A DNA stretch of 64,000 nt from Nitrospirota bacterium. Lineage in GTDB: Bacteria > Nitrospirota > UBA9217. The notes beneath the pieces are model-generated. The model saw only the letters and a list, made by a program, of their open reading frames with translations. It was not told the origin of the DNA and did not search any database. The stretch is taken from NCBI GenBank assembly GCA_963754875.1, contig CAVWHO010000021.1, forward strand, positions 128,001 to 192,000, in the 5' to 3' direction. Each line of letters starts with the position of its first letter. The first letter of the stretch is position 1. A program made the translations under genes and the position numbers. Below, piece after piece: positions 1 to 10,077 of this stretch.

Positions 1-745
1 TATAAACGGCAATAACCATGCCCGAGAGGATCAGCGGCCAGCTGTCCCGCAAAAGACGCTTAGCCCATGGCAGCCTCCACCCCCATGATTTGAGATATTG
101 ACCATGTGATTTGTAGGCGATTACCAATCCCATAGCGCCGACCAAGATCTCAATCAAACCTGCCGACGCAAATGCTATGAGAGGGGCTTTTATAATGAGA
201 AGAACGATTTTCAACAGCGCGGTAAGCAAAAAAGCAGTATTTTTTGCAATAACCGTATATCTTGATTGGACTTGCGACTGGAACCAATAGTCGATAGTAT
301 CAAATGCTTGGAAGACTGTCCCCGCTGCAATAATAAGTATCAGCCATCGAATCAATGGTTCTGCAGGCCGCAGCAACGATACGCATACGACGGTAAGAAC
401 CAGCGTAGCAAGGCCGCCCGCGAGTCTGAGAAAAAAAACCGTTCCCAGAATTTCACCTGCATGGGCGGGTTCCCGAACAATGTCACGAACCGCAATACCG
501 TCCAAACCGAGCGATGCTACGGCGGCAAATAGTGCGACAAAAGCGGTTGCATAACTTAACAAGCCGAATTGTCCGGGCCCTAAATATCGCGCTACCCATA
601 CCCCGACAAAAAGCCCCACGCCCATACGGAGGACTTTATCAGCAAAAAGCCAGCCGGTATTGCTAATGATTTTTTGGAGATTATGGCGGTTTTCTAAGCG
701 TTGGCTAATAGAACGAGGAAGGTATTTAGTCCATATGGCGTTCAT
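1..745 (-). CDS. wzx: O-antigen/polysaccharide flippase (Wzx family), 5' part; runs off the window
   Basis: Not in the ORF track. Manual translation from ATG at 745: MNAIWTKYLP...QKIISNTGWLFADKVLRMGVGLFVGVWVARYLGPGQFGLLSYA..., open to position 1; a typical multi-TM flippase N-terminus. Confidence 0.85.
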   Translation of the reverse strand, partial: MNAIWTKYLPRSISQRLENRHNLQKIISNTGWLFADKVLRMGVGLFVGVWVARYLGPGQFGLLSYATAFVALFAAVASLGLDGIAVRDIVREPAHAGEILGTVFFLRLAGGLATLVLTVVCVSLLRPAEPLIRWLILIIAAGTVFQAFDTIDYWFQSQVQSRYTVIAKNTAFLLTALLKIVLLIIKAPLIAFASAGLIEILVGAMGLVIAYKSHGQYLKSWGWRLPWAKRLLRDSWPLILSGMVIAVY

Positions 746-821
746 GAATCGCTATACCTGTGTATTGTTGCTTCAATTTATCTAATTGTCATTTAGTATC
801 TCTTGACTCTCGTCTTGATGT

Positions 822-1949
822 TCATTTCTGCTCGTTTTTTGTCCAGTGAATGCCTTTCCCCTGCAATATCTGCGCGCCTTCACCGGGGGATTTGAGATGG
901 ACTGCCTCCATGTCAGCATCCACCATAATCTTCACAAGTTCTTTGAACGTGATCTTTGGCTCCCAACCGAGCTTTTCCCTCGCCTTTGACGCGTCGGCAA
1001 GGAGAAAATCCACTTCTGTTGGCCGGAAATACCGCGGATCGATTTCTATAAGAACATCCCCCGGTTTTGCGAGCGCGGAAAAGGACGCTGCCACCGACTG
1101 CACAATGCCCTTTTCGTCGGTCCCCTTCCCCTTCCATTCGATCTCGACTCCGGCGTACCCGAATGCGAGCTCAACGAATTCCCGCACGGTATGACTCTCG
1201 CCCGTGCCGATCACAAAGTCCTCTGCCTGATCCTGCTGGAGCATCAGCCACTGACATTCAACATACTCAGGCGCGAATCCCCAGTCTCGTTTCGCGTCGA
1301 GATTGCCCAGATAAATCTTATCCTGCTTCCCGGCGAGGATGGCGGCCACAGCCCTCGTAATCTTTCTGGTGACGAAGGTCTCTCCACGGCGGGGTGATTC
1401 ATGATTAAAGAGTATGCCATTGCAAGCGAACAAGTTGTAACCTTCCCGGTAATTCACCGCGATCCAGTAGGCGTATACTTTCGCCGCGGCGTACGGACTC
1501 CGGGGATAAAAAGCGGTATTTTCGTTTTGGGGTGGTTTCGCAGCGCCGAACATCTCCGATGACGACGCCTGGTAGTATTTCGTTTTTATTCCGCTTCTCT
1601 GGATGCTCTCAAGGAGACGTGTGGCGCCGAGACCGACGATATCTCCGGTATATTCCGGCATATCGAAGCTCACCCGGACGTGACTTTGGGCCGCAAGGTT
1701 ATACACTTCGTCCGGCTTGATGTTATAAATGATGTGGGTAAGTTGTCCCGCGTCAGCAAGATCACCGTAGTGCAAAAAAAGTCTCGTGCCGCGAATATGC
1801 GGGTCCGTATAAACATGGTCTATCCTGCCCGTATTAAAGGTGCTCGCACGGCGTATCAGTCCGTGAACTTCATAGCCTTTTGATAAAAGCAGCTCCGCAA
1901 GATATGATCCGTCCTGACCGGTAATGCCTGTTATAAGAGCGCGCTTCAA
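822..1949 (-). CDS. gmd: GDP-mannose 4,6-dehydratase
   Basis: [50 protein letters not shown] motifs. Confidence 0.97.
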   Translation of the reverse strand: MKRALITGITGQDGSYLAELLLSKGYEVHGLIRRASTFNTGRIDHVYTDPHIRGTRLFLHYGDLADAGQLTHIIYNIKPDEVYNLAAQSHVRVSFDMPEYTGDIVGLGATRLLESIQRSGIKTKYYQASSSEMFGAAKPPQNENTAFYPRSPYAAAKVYAYWIAVNYREGYNLFACNGILFNHESPRRGETFVTRKITRAVAAILAGKQDKIYLGNLDAKRDWGFAPEYVECQWLMLQQDQAEDFVIGTGESHTVREFVELAFGYAGVEIEWKGKGTDEKGIVQSVAASFSALAKPGDVLIEIDPRYFRPTEVDFLLADASKAREKLGWEPKITFKELVKIMVDADMEAVHLKSPGEGAQILQGKGIHWTKNEQK

Positions 1950-1985
1950 AATCTTACCCCCTTGTCTTTTTGTTATAAGTTATTA

Positions 1986-2014
1986 ATATTACAGTATTAT
2001 AGTATTCCTGTAAA
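1986..2014 (-). promoter_or_regulatory. putative sigma70 promoter of gmd
   Basis: TTTACA-N17-TAATAT on the minus strand in AT-rich DNA upstream of gmd. Confidence 0.45.
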
Positions 2015-2179
2015 GCCTTTATTTTATTTGATTAATAGTCGAGTGTGAAAGGCCGGCTATCAGGATCGACGGAATAGTTCTGCTGAGAAGCAGGTCAACG
2101 TGGCGAGCAGTATTCGTACCGAGGCGTGTTTTAAAATGCCTGACACAGTCCTCCGAGCAAACCCAAATCGGATTTCGTC

Positions 2180-2208
2180 TTGCATTTTATAATGAATTAT
2201 AATATCTT
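2180..2208 (+). promoter_or_regulatory. putative sigma70 promoter of wbaP with an internal palindrome
   Basis: TTGCAT-N17-TATCTT; the spacer contains TTATAAT-GA-ATTATAA. Confidence 0.45.
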
Positions 2209-2286
2209 TACACCACGCTGGGTAAAATCGTCTTTATCCGCCTTCGTCTTCTAGGGTTCCAAGCTTGTTCTCCACAGGGGTAATTC

Positions 2287-3732
2287 TTGACCGGAAATCT
2301 GAGAAACAGCATTAAAGTCGCGTCACTCCTGTTCGTTGACCTGGCGGCATTTTATATCTCCTTGGTCGCTGCTTATTATTCGAGGACACTGGTCGACATA
2401 TTGTCCTCACGGTTCATTGCGCTAGAATTTTCTCTCCTCTATTTTCTACGTATCTGGTGGTTGCCCACCATCTTCATAGCTTTTATTGTTTATGAACGCC
2501 TTTATGTCAAGAAGCTCCCTTTCTGGGATGAGACGAGAGAGCTCCTCAAAGCAATATCCGTGTCAACAGTAGCAATACTTGCCATTATAACCCTTGGAAA
2601 AATGTCGGATAAGATATCCCGGTTGACCGTTATTTTTCTCTGGTGCTTCAGCCTCTTTATTTTTCCTTTCTTCCGCCTGGTCGGTAAAAAATTCCTCTAT
2701 CACCTCAAACTCTGGCAGGACAATGTTATCATTATCGGGGCCGGCACAGCCGGCAGAGGAACGGCAAAAGGCATAGCAGCTGATATCCATCTGGGGTATC
2801 ACGTGATCGGCTTCTTAGATGACAATGAGAGCCTAGGCAAGCAGGTGAGTGTGGACGGCGTCACCTACAAGATATTCGGGAAGGTGAGATATTTCAAAAA
2901 ATTCGTCAGACTCCTCGACATATCGACCGTTATCATCGCGATCCCTTCTCTGTCGAATGAGAAACTTTCGGAACTGACGAACGATATTCAGAAGTATACG
3001 AAATCCGTTCTCCTTGTCCCCGATATAAAAGGGGTCGCGCTCACCAATACGGAGCTCTACCATCTGTTCGTCCAGCAGCTTTTCTTGCTGAAAATAAACA
3101 ACAACCTTAAGTCACCTTATAACCGGTTCATTAAAAGAACGTTCGACATAACGGTCTCCATCGCTTTCCTGCCCTTGCTTCTTCTCATTATCGGGACACT
3201 CGGGCTTCTCATCAAACTTGACTCACGCGGACCGGTCTTTTACCGTCATGCCAGAATAGGCCGTACGGGAAAACCCTTCGGCGTATACAAGTTCAGAAGT
3301 ATGTACCTGGATTCCAAGGAACGCCTGGGGAAAATCCTCGCGGCCGATCCTTGCTCCCGTCAGGAGTGGGAAACATATTTCAAATTAAGAAGCGATCCGC
3401 GGGTAACCCGCATGGGGAACTTTCTGAGGAAAACGTCCCTTGATGAACTGCCGCAAATATTCAACGTGCTGAAAGGCGAGATGAGCCTTGTGGGGCCGCG
3501 CCCGGTCCTCAAAGAGGAAATCGTCAAATACTATAAAGAGAACGCTGATTACTACAACCTGGTGCGCCCGGGAATCAGCGGTTTGTGGCAAGTGAGCGGA
3601 AGAAACGATGTGGATTACGATAAGAGAGTCAGGCTGGACACGTGGTATGTCCTCAACTGGTCGCTCTGGCTCGATATCTCGATCTTATTTAAAACCTTTG
3701 GCGTTGTTCTAAAAAAAGAAGGCGCATACTAA
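2287..3732 (+). CDS. wbaP: undecaprenyl-phosphate sugar phosphotransferase (WbaP family)
   Basis: N-terminal TM helices, a Rossmann-like middle domain, and a C-terminal bacterial sugar transferase domain (KFRSM, DPRVT, LRKTSLDELPQ, GEMSLVGPRP). Confidence 0.92.
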   Translation: MTGNLRNSIKVASLLFVDLAAFYISLVAAYYSRTLVDILSSRFIALEFSLLYFLRIWWLPTIFIAFIVYERLYVKKLPFWDETRELLKAISVSTVAILAIITLGKMSDKISRLTVIFLWCFSLFIFPFFRLVGKKFLYHLKLWQDNVIIIGAGTAGRGTAKGIAADIHLGYHVIGFLDDNESLGKQVSVDGVTYKIFGKVRYFKKFVRLLDISTVIIAIPSLSNEKLSELTNDIQKYTKSVLLVPDIKGVALTNTELYHLFVQQLFLLKINNNLKSPYNRFIKRTFDITVSIAFLPLLLLIIGTLGLLIKLDSRGPVFYRHARIGRTGKPFGVYKFRSMYLDSKERLGKILAADPCSRQEWETYFKLRSDPRVTRMGNFLRKTSLDELPQIFNVLKGEMSLVGPRPVLKEEIVKYYKENADYYNLVRPGISGLWQVSGRNDVDYDKRVRLDTWYVLNWSLWLDISILFKTFGVVLKKEGAY

Positions 3733-3790
3733 TTTGTTTTTAGCTGCCGAGCGAAAGGCCATGAGTTAAGAGCGGTAAATTGGAAATGCA

Positions 3791-3898
3791 ATGAAATACT
3801 CATTATTGGTTTTCGGCTCCTGCTCTATCGGCAGCCATATGGTCGCGACGCTGGGTGAAAAGGGCTTTGATGTTCTGGTAGGTTACTCGGTGCCGTGA
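3791..3898 (+). pseudogene. remnant of an NAD-dependent epimerase (GalE-like) N-terminus
   Basis: 35-codon ORF MKYSLLVFGSCSIGSHMVATLGEKGFDVLVGYSVP resembles the decayed GalE start [29 protein letters not shown]. Confidence 0.5.
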
Positions 3899-3917
3899 GT
3901 GGACCGAACTCACCGAG

Positions 3918-5207
3918 TTAAGAGCTTCGGACCGGAGTGATAGACTGTCGTACGCACAGGCCAATGACGAATGCAAAGGAATAGCGAAGTATCTGAATAC
4001 TAAAGAATGAATCAGTAAGTCCTGCTATCAAATAATGGACAGCCGTCGCAACAGCAAGAAACGCGAATAGTCTTTCCTTTTCCCTGTCTCTATTTCCTTT
4101 TCCTTCCCCTGTTAGCATGACCGGCAAAGCGAACTTCAAAATCCGGTAAAAAACGTAAAGCAGCGCGATCAGTCCTGGTAAGCCGTTCGTGGCCAAAGCG
4201 AAGAGATACATGTTATGGGGCTGGTTGAACTCAAGCAGAAAATTGGGAAACCGTCCCGAGTTCACGTATGCGGCCATAGTGGGGACATAATCTCCGGTGC
4301 CGACGCCTGTCAATGGATGGGACAAAAACATCGCTATTGCCGCTTTCCACATGAGGAATCGTTCGCCGAGTGATGACGTCAAAGCTTCCCCTACTGAATA
4401 GTTCGATATATCGTTCCCGATCATATAAATTCGATGGTGAACGAACGGGATGAACAGGTAGGCCGAAAGACAGATCGCGGCAACAACGCCGACGGCAATG
4501 AAGAATATCTTCCTGCTCCTACTCGCCAGGAACGCCATGACCATTGACGTCAGGAGAATACCGAACCACGCTGTCCGCGATGTGGACAGAAGAATACAGA
4601 GAACGGCAAGTGCCATGGAAATGACAAATAAAACGTTGACGCCCCGCGATAAATCGCGCCGGAAATAGAGCAGAAAGGCGGCCGCTGCATAGAGTCCGAG
4701 CGCATTGATGTTGGAAAACCAGATATGATGCATGTGCAGAGGTTGCAGAGGAAGGACAAATTTTTTGTCGCCTACGATGCCGAGATAAGTCATCACTCCT
4801 ATGATATTCAAAATCATAAGTCCGACCAGAAATGCGATGAGGATGGCTTCACCGCCTCCGTATTTCTCCGATTTGTCCCGGAGGACCTGGATCAAGACCG
4901 AGACCATGAGATAGATGGCTGGCAGGCTAAGAAATTTATTGGCTGTATGGATGCCGTCGGCATATTGCTCAGAAAAAAAAACGCCCACGATTGAGACAGT
5001 AAAAACGAGAACAAATGCCAATGTTAAAGGTTGTTTGATGTTTGAAATTATCGTTTGTCTAATGTCCTTATAAAATAAGACGCCGGCAACCACCGTCGGG
5101 TAGATAAGAAAGAGAAGAATATTTCCCACACTCTTCGACAGGGGCAGTGTAAAAGCAAAAAGAAGCATACCCCACGCGAGCGCCCCATAATACCGCGTTC
5201 TTTTCAT
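3918..5207 (-). CDS. waaL: O-antigen ligase family protein
   Basis: Multi-TM protein with STSRTAW, SSLGERFLMWKAA...HPLTGVG and QPHNMYL motifs; start taken at MKRTRYY. Confidence 0.85.
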   Translation of the reverse strand: MKRTRYYGALAWGMLLFAFTLPLSKSVGNILLFLIYPTVVAGVLFYKDIRQTIISNIKQPLTLAFVLVFTVSIVGVFFSEQYADGIHTANKFLSLPAIYLMVSVLIQVLRDKSEKYGGGEAILIAFLVGLMILNIIGVMTYLGIVGDKKFVLPLQPLHMHHIWFSNINALGLYAAAAFLLYFRRDLSRGVNVLFVISMALAVLCILLSTSRTAWFGILLTSMVMAFLASRSRKIFFIAVGVVAAICLSAYLFIPFVHHRIYMIGNDISNYSVGEALTSSLGERFLMWKAAIAMFLSHPLTGVGTGDYVPTMAAYVNSGRFPNFLLEFNQPHNMYLFALATNGLPGLIALLYVFYRILKFALPVMLTGEGKGNRDREKERLFAFLAVATAVHYLIAGLTDSFFSIQILRYSFAFVIGLCVRQSITPVRSS

Positions 5208-5363
5208 CGAGGTTCCCTCTTGATTTCCGTTTTCATGCCTTACGTTTTTCATTCAGTGTGACCTGGTCAATCTTGCGAAAATAGAACAAACAGATGCGAT
5301 GACTCACAACAAAAATGATGGCATATTTGCCAAGCCTGCGGTTCAAGTCCTGAAATGGCGGAT

Positions 5364-6113
5364 TCAGCTTCGCCGCTCCGATGCCTGCCTGCCCTTTCGC
5401 ATTTCAGAATCCGTATGAATTTTATAAATAAATGTGATGGGATTCGTAACAAGCTTAATCGGGATTCGGGGCAATAAAAAGGAGTCGAACCCGCCGAGGA
5501 CGTGTCCCCTTCGAGTTGTAACAGCGGAACGATATCCCGCTTTTATTACTTCTTCTTTTACCAAAGCATCGAGATCTCCGTAAGGATAGCAGAAATGCTC
5601 AACCTTTCTGTTAAGCTGCTCTTCCAAGGCCCTTTTTGAACCCCGTAGTTCTTCCTGAAGCGTTTCGCTCGACAGCGTTGAAAGTTGCGGGTGTGATCTG
5701 GTGTGAGAGCCGATCTCGACTCCCTGTTTACTGATTTCCCGGATCATGTCCCAATCCATCAGAGGCTTCGAGACGTTTTCGTTTTTAGAATCCCATGTAT
5801 TGGCCTTGCCGGTGAAATCGGACACGACATACACTGTTGATGGATATTTATATTGTTTCAAGATCGGATGCGCGTTTTTGTAAAAATCCCGGTAACCGTC
5901 GTCGAAAGTGACCGCCGCAAGGTCGCCGGTCCTGTTCCCGGCAGCTACAGATGCAAGCATATCCGATAGCGAGAGGACTTTGAACCCTGATTTTTTTAAA
6001 TACCACATCTGGAAGCGAAACATTCTCGGTGTCACGTACAGATTAGGGATGCGTATGCCCCCGGGAGGAGTGTCGATGTTGTGGTACATAAGGATAATGG
6101 CTTTTGACATCAA
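5364..6113 (-). CDS. polysaccharide deacetylase family protein (NodB/CE4)
   Basis: ILMYH, TFDDGY, EIGSHTRSHP, FCYPYG motifs. Confidence 0.9.
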   Translation of the reverse strand: MMSKAIILMYHNIDTPPGGIRIPNLYVTPRMFRFQMWYLKKSGFKVLSLSDMLASVAAGNRTGDLAAVTFDDGYRDFYKNAHPILKQYKYPSTVYVVSDFTGKANTWDSKNENVSKPLMDWDMIREISKQGVEIGSHTRSHPQLSTLSSETLQEELRGSKRALEEQLNRKVEHFCYPYGDLDALVKEEVIKAGYRSAVTTRRGHVLGGFDSFLLPRIPIKLVTNPITFIYKIHTDSEMRKGRQASERRS

Positions 6114-7228
6114 TTTCTGCCCGGTAAAGTCGTATTATTCTTTGTCAAAACGTCATCAAAAAAACGAAAATATTCTTGTATCATCCTGCCCCTGCTGAAC
6201 CGCTCTGCAACCCAGTTCGGTCCTGCTGTCGACATCATCTTTCGTAATTCCTTATTCTGTAATATCCTGATTACTTCTTCTGCCATACCATGAGCACCGC
6301 CCCGGACCAGGGTACCGGCAGGACACCCTTCGAGCGCATCGCGAACTCCGCCTTCGTCAAAAGCAACAACCGGCGTTCCCATGGCCAGGGCTTCGATCAC
6401 CCATATACCGAACCCTTCATTCCTGAACGTACTAACCGCAACATCAATGTCCGCATAGTAGGCCGGCATGTCGCCCTTTGTCAACGTGTCCAACCATAGG
6501 ATCGAATCAGCTACGCCGAGATCGGCTGCACGTTTCCTGAACTCCCGAAGTTGGGGCATGTCGGCCATTGGTGTGAGCAGCAAGTAGCGGACTTTCGGTA
6601 TTTCCTTCCGTATTTCAACGAGGGCATCGAGAAACTCAATCTGGTTCTTCCACATGCTGCCGGACGTGCTGAGAAGCGGTGTGTCGGACGAGAGTCCGAA
6701 ACGGTTTCTGATGAAGCCCTGGTTCCTTGGCATCGGTTGAAACACATCAAGGTCAATGCCATGATGGATGACTTTTATTTTACCGGTAAGAGAAGGTTGA
6801 AAAGCCTCCATCCGTTCCACAATGTGCCTGGAGATCGTGACGACACTGTGCAAACGGTTAAGAAGAAAACGCGACTTGATGAAGTCTGCTATGTGAACCG
6901 TATGCACCAGATACGGATGAGTACCGGAAAGCAGCGCGGCTATCGCTGTCTGAACAATGTCATGACCCCGCTGGATGCTGACAATCTCGTACCTGCCTTG
7001 CCTGATGATCTTCGCAATCTGAAAGAAAGAACTGATTCCGTTGATTCCGGACTTTTCAATGGGATAGACATCTACGGGATGGTCCCTGAACATGGATGCC
7101 AAAGGCGTCCCAGGACGACAAACCATGCCGATGGTCGCGCCCTTTTTTATCAGGCCGGGCAGAAGTTCCATCAAAAACTCTTCGCCCCCTCCCCGGTACC
7201 TGAAATTATTTATAAAAAGAATTTTCAT
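6110..7228 (-). CDS. glycosyltransferase family 4
   Basis: MKILFIN...GGGEE start; EGFGIWVIEALAMGTPVV (EX7E) motif. Confidence 0.9.
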   Translation of the reverse strand: MKILFINNFRYRGGGEEFLMELLPGLIKKGATIGMVCRPGTPLASMFRDHPVDVYPIEKSGINGISSFFQIAKIIRQGRYEIVSIQRGHDIVQTAIAALLSGTHPYLVHTVHIADFIKSRFLLNRLHSVVTISRHIVERMEAFQPSLTGKIKVIHHGIDLDVFQPMPRNQGFIRNRFGLSSDTPLLSTSGSMWKNQIEFLDALVEIRKEIPKVRYLLLTPMADMPQLREFRKRAADLGVADSILWLDTLTKGDMPAYYADIDVAVSTFRNEGFGIWVIEALAMGTPVVAFDEGGVRDALEGCPAGTLVRGGAHGMAEEVIRILQNKELRKMMSTAGPNWVAERFSRGRMIQEYFRFFDDVLTKNNTTLPGRN

Positions 7229-8072
7229 CCTTTTGGCCAGTCTGTGGAATGTCAGCGCCAACTGCGTCACTCCGGTATACCTTGTCCCAGACGTCCTTGT
7301 TCTGACTATGGTACAGCCTTTCATAAAACTTGGACTCCTGCAGAAAGTAGTTGAACGCGATCACCACAGCCATGTAAAACCCGTGTATACCATCCTTGTA
7401 GCCTTTGTGTTTTATGTACCTGCCGAAAAAACGTTCGAGGGGTTTGAACAGCGCCTTGGCGAGGCTGAATTCTTTCCGCCGGCCTTCCCGGTAGGTCCTT
7501 TCTGCCTCCACGGTGCTGTACTGATTAAACTTGACCATGAAGGTTTCGAATGTTCCATATCCGTCATGGAGAATGGGGCTTTTTAGATAGCCCATTTTCC
7601 CCTGGGTCACGAACTTTTCGTGGACCGGGTTCACCCATTCACCCTGCGACTTCCGGTACAGGATGGTCTTATATTGAGGGTACCAGCCGCCTGCCTCGAT
7701 CCACTTCCCGGCGAAATATTCCCTGCGCGGAATGCCGTAAGCGTCGGCATCGGGCGGCGCATTGAAGAGCGAGATGATTTCGTCGCGCAGGGCCTTGGTA
7801 ACGACCTCGTCCGCATCGATGAAGAAGATCCAGTCGTTCGAGGCGTATTGATGGGCCCGTGAACGCTGGACCGAGTAATCCTTCGGCCAGGAATGCTGAA
7901 ATACCTTCTGCGTGAAGCGGCTGCAAATTTCTACGGTGCGGTCTGCACTGAATGAATCGATGACAACGATTTCGCCGGCCCAGGTCAGGCTCTTCAAGCA
8001 CCGTTCGATTCTACCTTCTTCATTATACGTTATGACGGCAGCGGTAATATTTTGCATGGTCGGCCGATTCAC
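7206..8072 (-). CDS. glycosyltransferase family 2 (WaaE/KdtX-like LPS core glucosyltransferase)
   Basis: ITYNEE, VVIDSFSADRT, IDADE, WYP, VHE motifs. Confidence 0.88.
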   Translation of the reverse strand: MNRPTMQNITAAVITYNEEGRIERCLKSLTWAGEIVVIDSFSADRTVEICSRFTQKVFQHSWPKDYSVQRSRAHQYASNDWIFFIDADEVVTKALRDEIISLFNAPPDADAYGIPRREYFAGKWIEAGGWYPQYKTILYRKSQGEWVNPVHEKFVTQGKMGYLKSPILHDGYGTFETFMVKFNQYSTVEAERTYREGRRKEFSLAKALFKPLERFFGRYIKHKGYKDGIHGFYMAVVIAFNYFLQESKFYERLYHSQNKDVWDKVYRSDAVGADIPQTGQKDENSFYK

Positions 8073-9181
8073 GCTCTCTTGACCTGGCTTTCGAATATAG
8101 CGGCAAGCTGGTCTGACACGGTCTCCCAGGTGTATTTCTTCTCGACCGCGGCCCGCCCTTCCGCACCCATGCGCTCCCTTCGGTCACGGTCCTGCAAGAG
8201 GGAACCGATGGTCTCAGCGATCGCATCAGTTGCGTCAGGATCGACCATGATCCCGCCCCCGTCGGCCAGGATCTCGGGGAATGCACTTCCCCGTGACACG
8301 ACAAGAGGCAGTCTACTGGCCATGGCCTCCAGCGCTACGATGCCAAATCCTTCAAATTCGGGCAGAAAAACGAAGAGATCTGCTGCATTATAGAAGCCGG
8401 ATACATCCTTTTGGTTCCCCATGAAGTGAACGTTCTGTTCTATCCCCAGCGACGCAACCCTGGAGTGGAGCGTTTCCCGGTCTTTTTTGTTGCCGTCCCC
8501 GCAAATAATGTAACGGATGCCGGGGATGTTTTTTTTCAGACGGCCGACGACGTCCAGGACCTTGTCAATCCCTTTCCTTCCCTGCAGCGCCGCAACAGTA
8601 ATAATGACCGGCGCTCCCTCCGGGATCCCCAGCATACGCCGTGTTTCCATCCTGCGCTGAACGTCGAAACGAAACAGGGCGGGATCGACGCCGTTCGGAA
8701 CGGTTTTTGCCGAACGCCCGAAGCAGCGTTCTACCCCCTGGGCAATATACGCGCTTGCCGCGATGAGTTCGTCAGCATGCTTTGCCGTCCCGAACTTTTT
8801 GAAAGCGTTGAAATGCTTCTCGTGATCTTCAAAGGGATATTGAAAAAGGATGTTGTAGCGGAAATTCTTCAGTACGTGGGCCAGGCCTGCTGCATATCCT
8901 TCGCCGCGGGCAATGGCAAGATTCACGATGTCGTAGTCATCGGACAGGAATGCATTTATGAAGCCCGGGATAAACGAGAGCTTGTGCCAGTTGTGGTGAT
9001 AGATCTCACGGACCCGCACACGATCGTCAATCCATGCCCGCGTCACAGGGGTCTGGCATTTGCCGGTAATGAGCGTCAGGTCGTGTCCTTTTTTTGCAAG
9101 GCCGTTCGCCACGCTGATGATAAAGCGCTCGATCCCGCGCGGATTGCGCAGCGTGTACATATGGGCAAAGGCAATCTTCAT
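8069..9181 (-). CDS. glycosyltransferase family 4
   Basis: VPNGVD, RKGIDK, EGFGIVALEAMAS motifs. Confidence 0.9.
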   Translation of the reverse strand: MKIAFAHMYTLRNPRGIERFIISVANGLAKKGHDLTLITGKCQTPVTRAWIDDRVRVREIYHHNWHKLSFIPGFINAFLSDDYDIVNLAIARGEGYAAGLAHVLKNFRYNILFQYPFEDHEKHFNAFKKFGTAKHADELIAASAYIAQGVERCFGRSAKTVPNGVDPALFRFDVQRRMETRRMLGIPEGAPVIITVAALQGRKGIDKVLDVVGRLKKNIPGIRYIICGDGNKKDRETLHSRVASLGIEQNVHFMGNQKDVSGFYNAADLFVFLPEFEGFGIVALEAMASRLPLVVSRGSAFPEILADGGGIMVDPDATDAIAETIGSLLQDRDRRERMGAEGRAAVEKKYTWETVSDQLAAIFESQVKRA

Positions 9182-9194
9182 TACACCCCTCGTG

Positions 9195-9971
9195 CTATTT
9201 CTCGAATCTCCGGAGCTTGTTTTGGATCTCGTAGAGCTTAATATATTTCATGAAGACGGCATGGGATTCCATAACAGATATGGTAAACCCGGCGATCCCG
9301 TCAGCAATTCCCAATCGGAAGAAAAAGCGGTAGAGAAACGCATAGAGCGGCCGCAAGGTAAAATCGATGATGCGCGCTCTCCTGCCGTTTTTAAAATGGT
9401 CTTCAGCCGTAAGGGACGAGTACTTGTTCTTCGTGGCGGCAAAATGAGCAATATCGGCATATATATAATGAAGGATCCCCTGCGTGAGCTTTTCTTTGCG
9501 ACCTTTTACCTTTACCTCATCGTGGGGCGCATATCCTCCCCATTTGCACCGGTCCTTGCGAAACAAACGGATCTTATAGTCCGGATACCAGGCTGAATGG
9601 TGGATCCACTGCCGCATGAAGAAATGGCGGCGAGGCATTTCATAGGCATCGCACATGCTGTTGTTCAAATCCAGAGCAAGGATTTCGTCCCGAAGCTCCG
9701 GGGACACGCGTTCGTCTGCGTCCAGGTGCAGCACCCACAGGTTTTTTGCCTGGTCCGTGGCAAACTGGCTCTGTCCGATATGGCCAAGCCATTCCTGAAT
9801 GACGACTTTGTCCGTGAACTCCCGTGCGATCGCAACAGTGTTGTCGGTGCTTTTCGAATCGACGACCACAATCTCGTCAGCCCAAGAAACGCTTTCCAGG
9901 CACTCCCTCAGGTTTTTTTCTTCGTTGGAGGTCCGGACGGTGACTGATATTTTTGTTTTTTTATTTTCCAT
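9195..9971 (-). CDS. glycosyltransferase family 2 (WaaE/KdtX-like)
   Basis: NEEKNLRECLESVSWADEIVVVDSKSTD, LDADE, WYPDYKIRLF. Confidence 0.88.
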   Translation of the reverse strand: MENKKTKISVTVRTSNEEKNLRECLESVSWADEIVVVDSKSTDNTVAIAREFTDKVVIQEWLGHIGQSQFATDQAKNLWVLHLDADERVSPELRDEILALDLNNSMCDAYEMPRRHFFMRQWIHHSAWYPDYKIRLFRKDRCKWGGYAPHDEVKVKGRKEKLTQGILHYIYADIAHFAATKNKYSSLTAEDHFKNGRRARIIDFTLRPLYAFLYRFFFRLGIADGIAGFTISVMESHAVFMKYIKLYEIQNKLRRFEK

Positions 9972-10077
9972 TCACTTCGTCCTGTTTTCTCGAATGAACA
10001 GACGTGATCCTTTCCGGCCGTTCTGTTTCGTCAGGGGCTCATGATAGCGGATTTTATTGCTCATTGCACCTGTTTTT

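Noticed and set aside
1950..2286. JUMPStart/ops element ahead of the polysaccharide genes
   Set aside because: No GGCGGTAG-type motif found on either strand.
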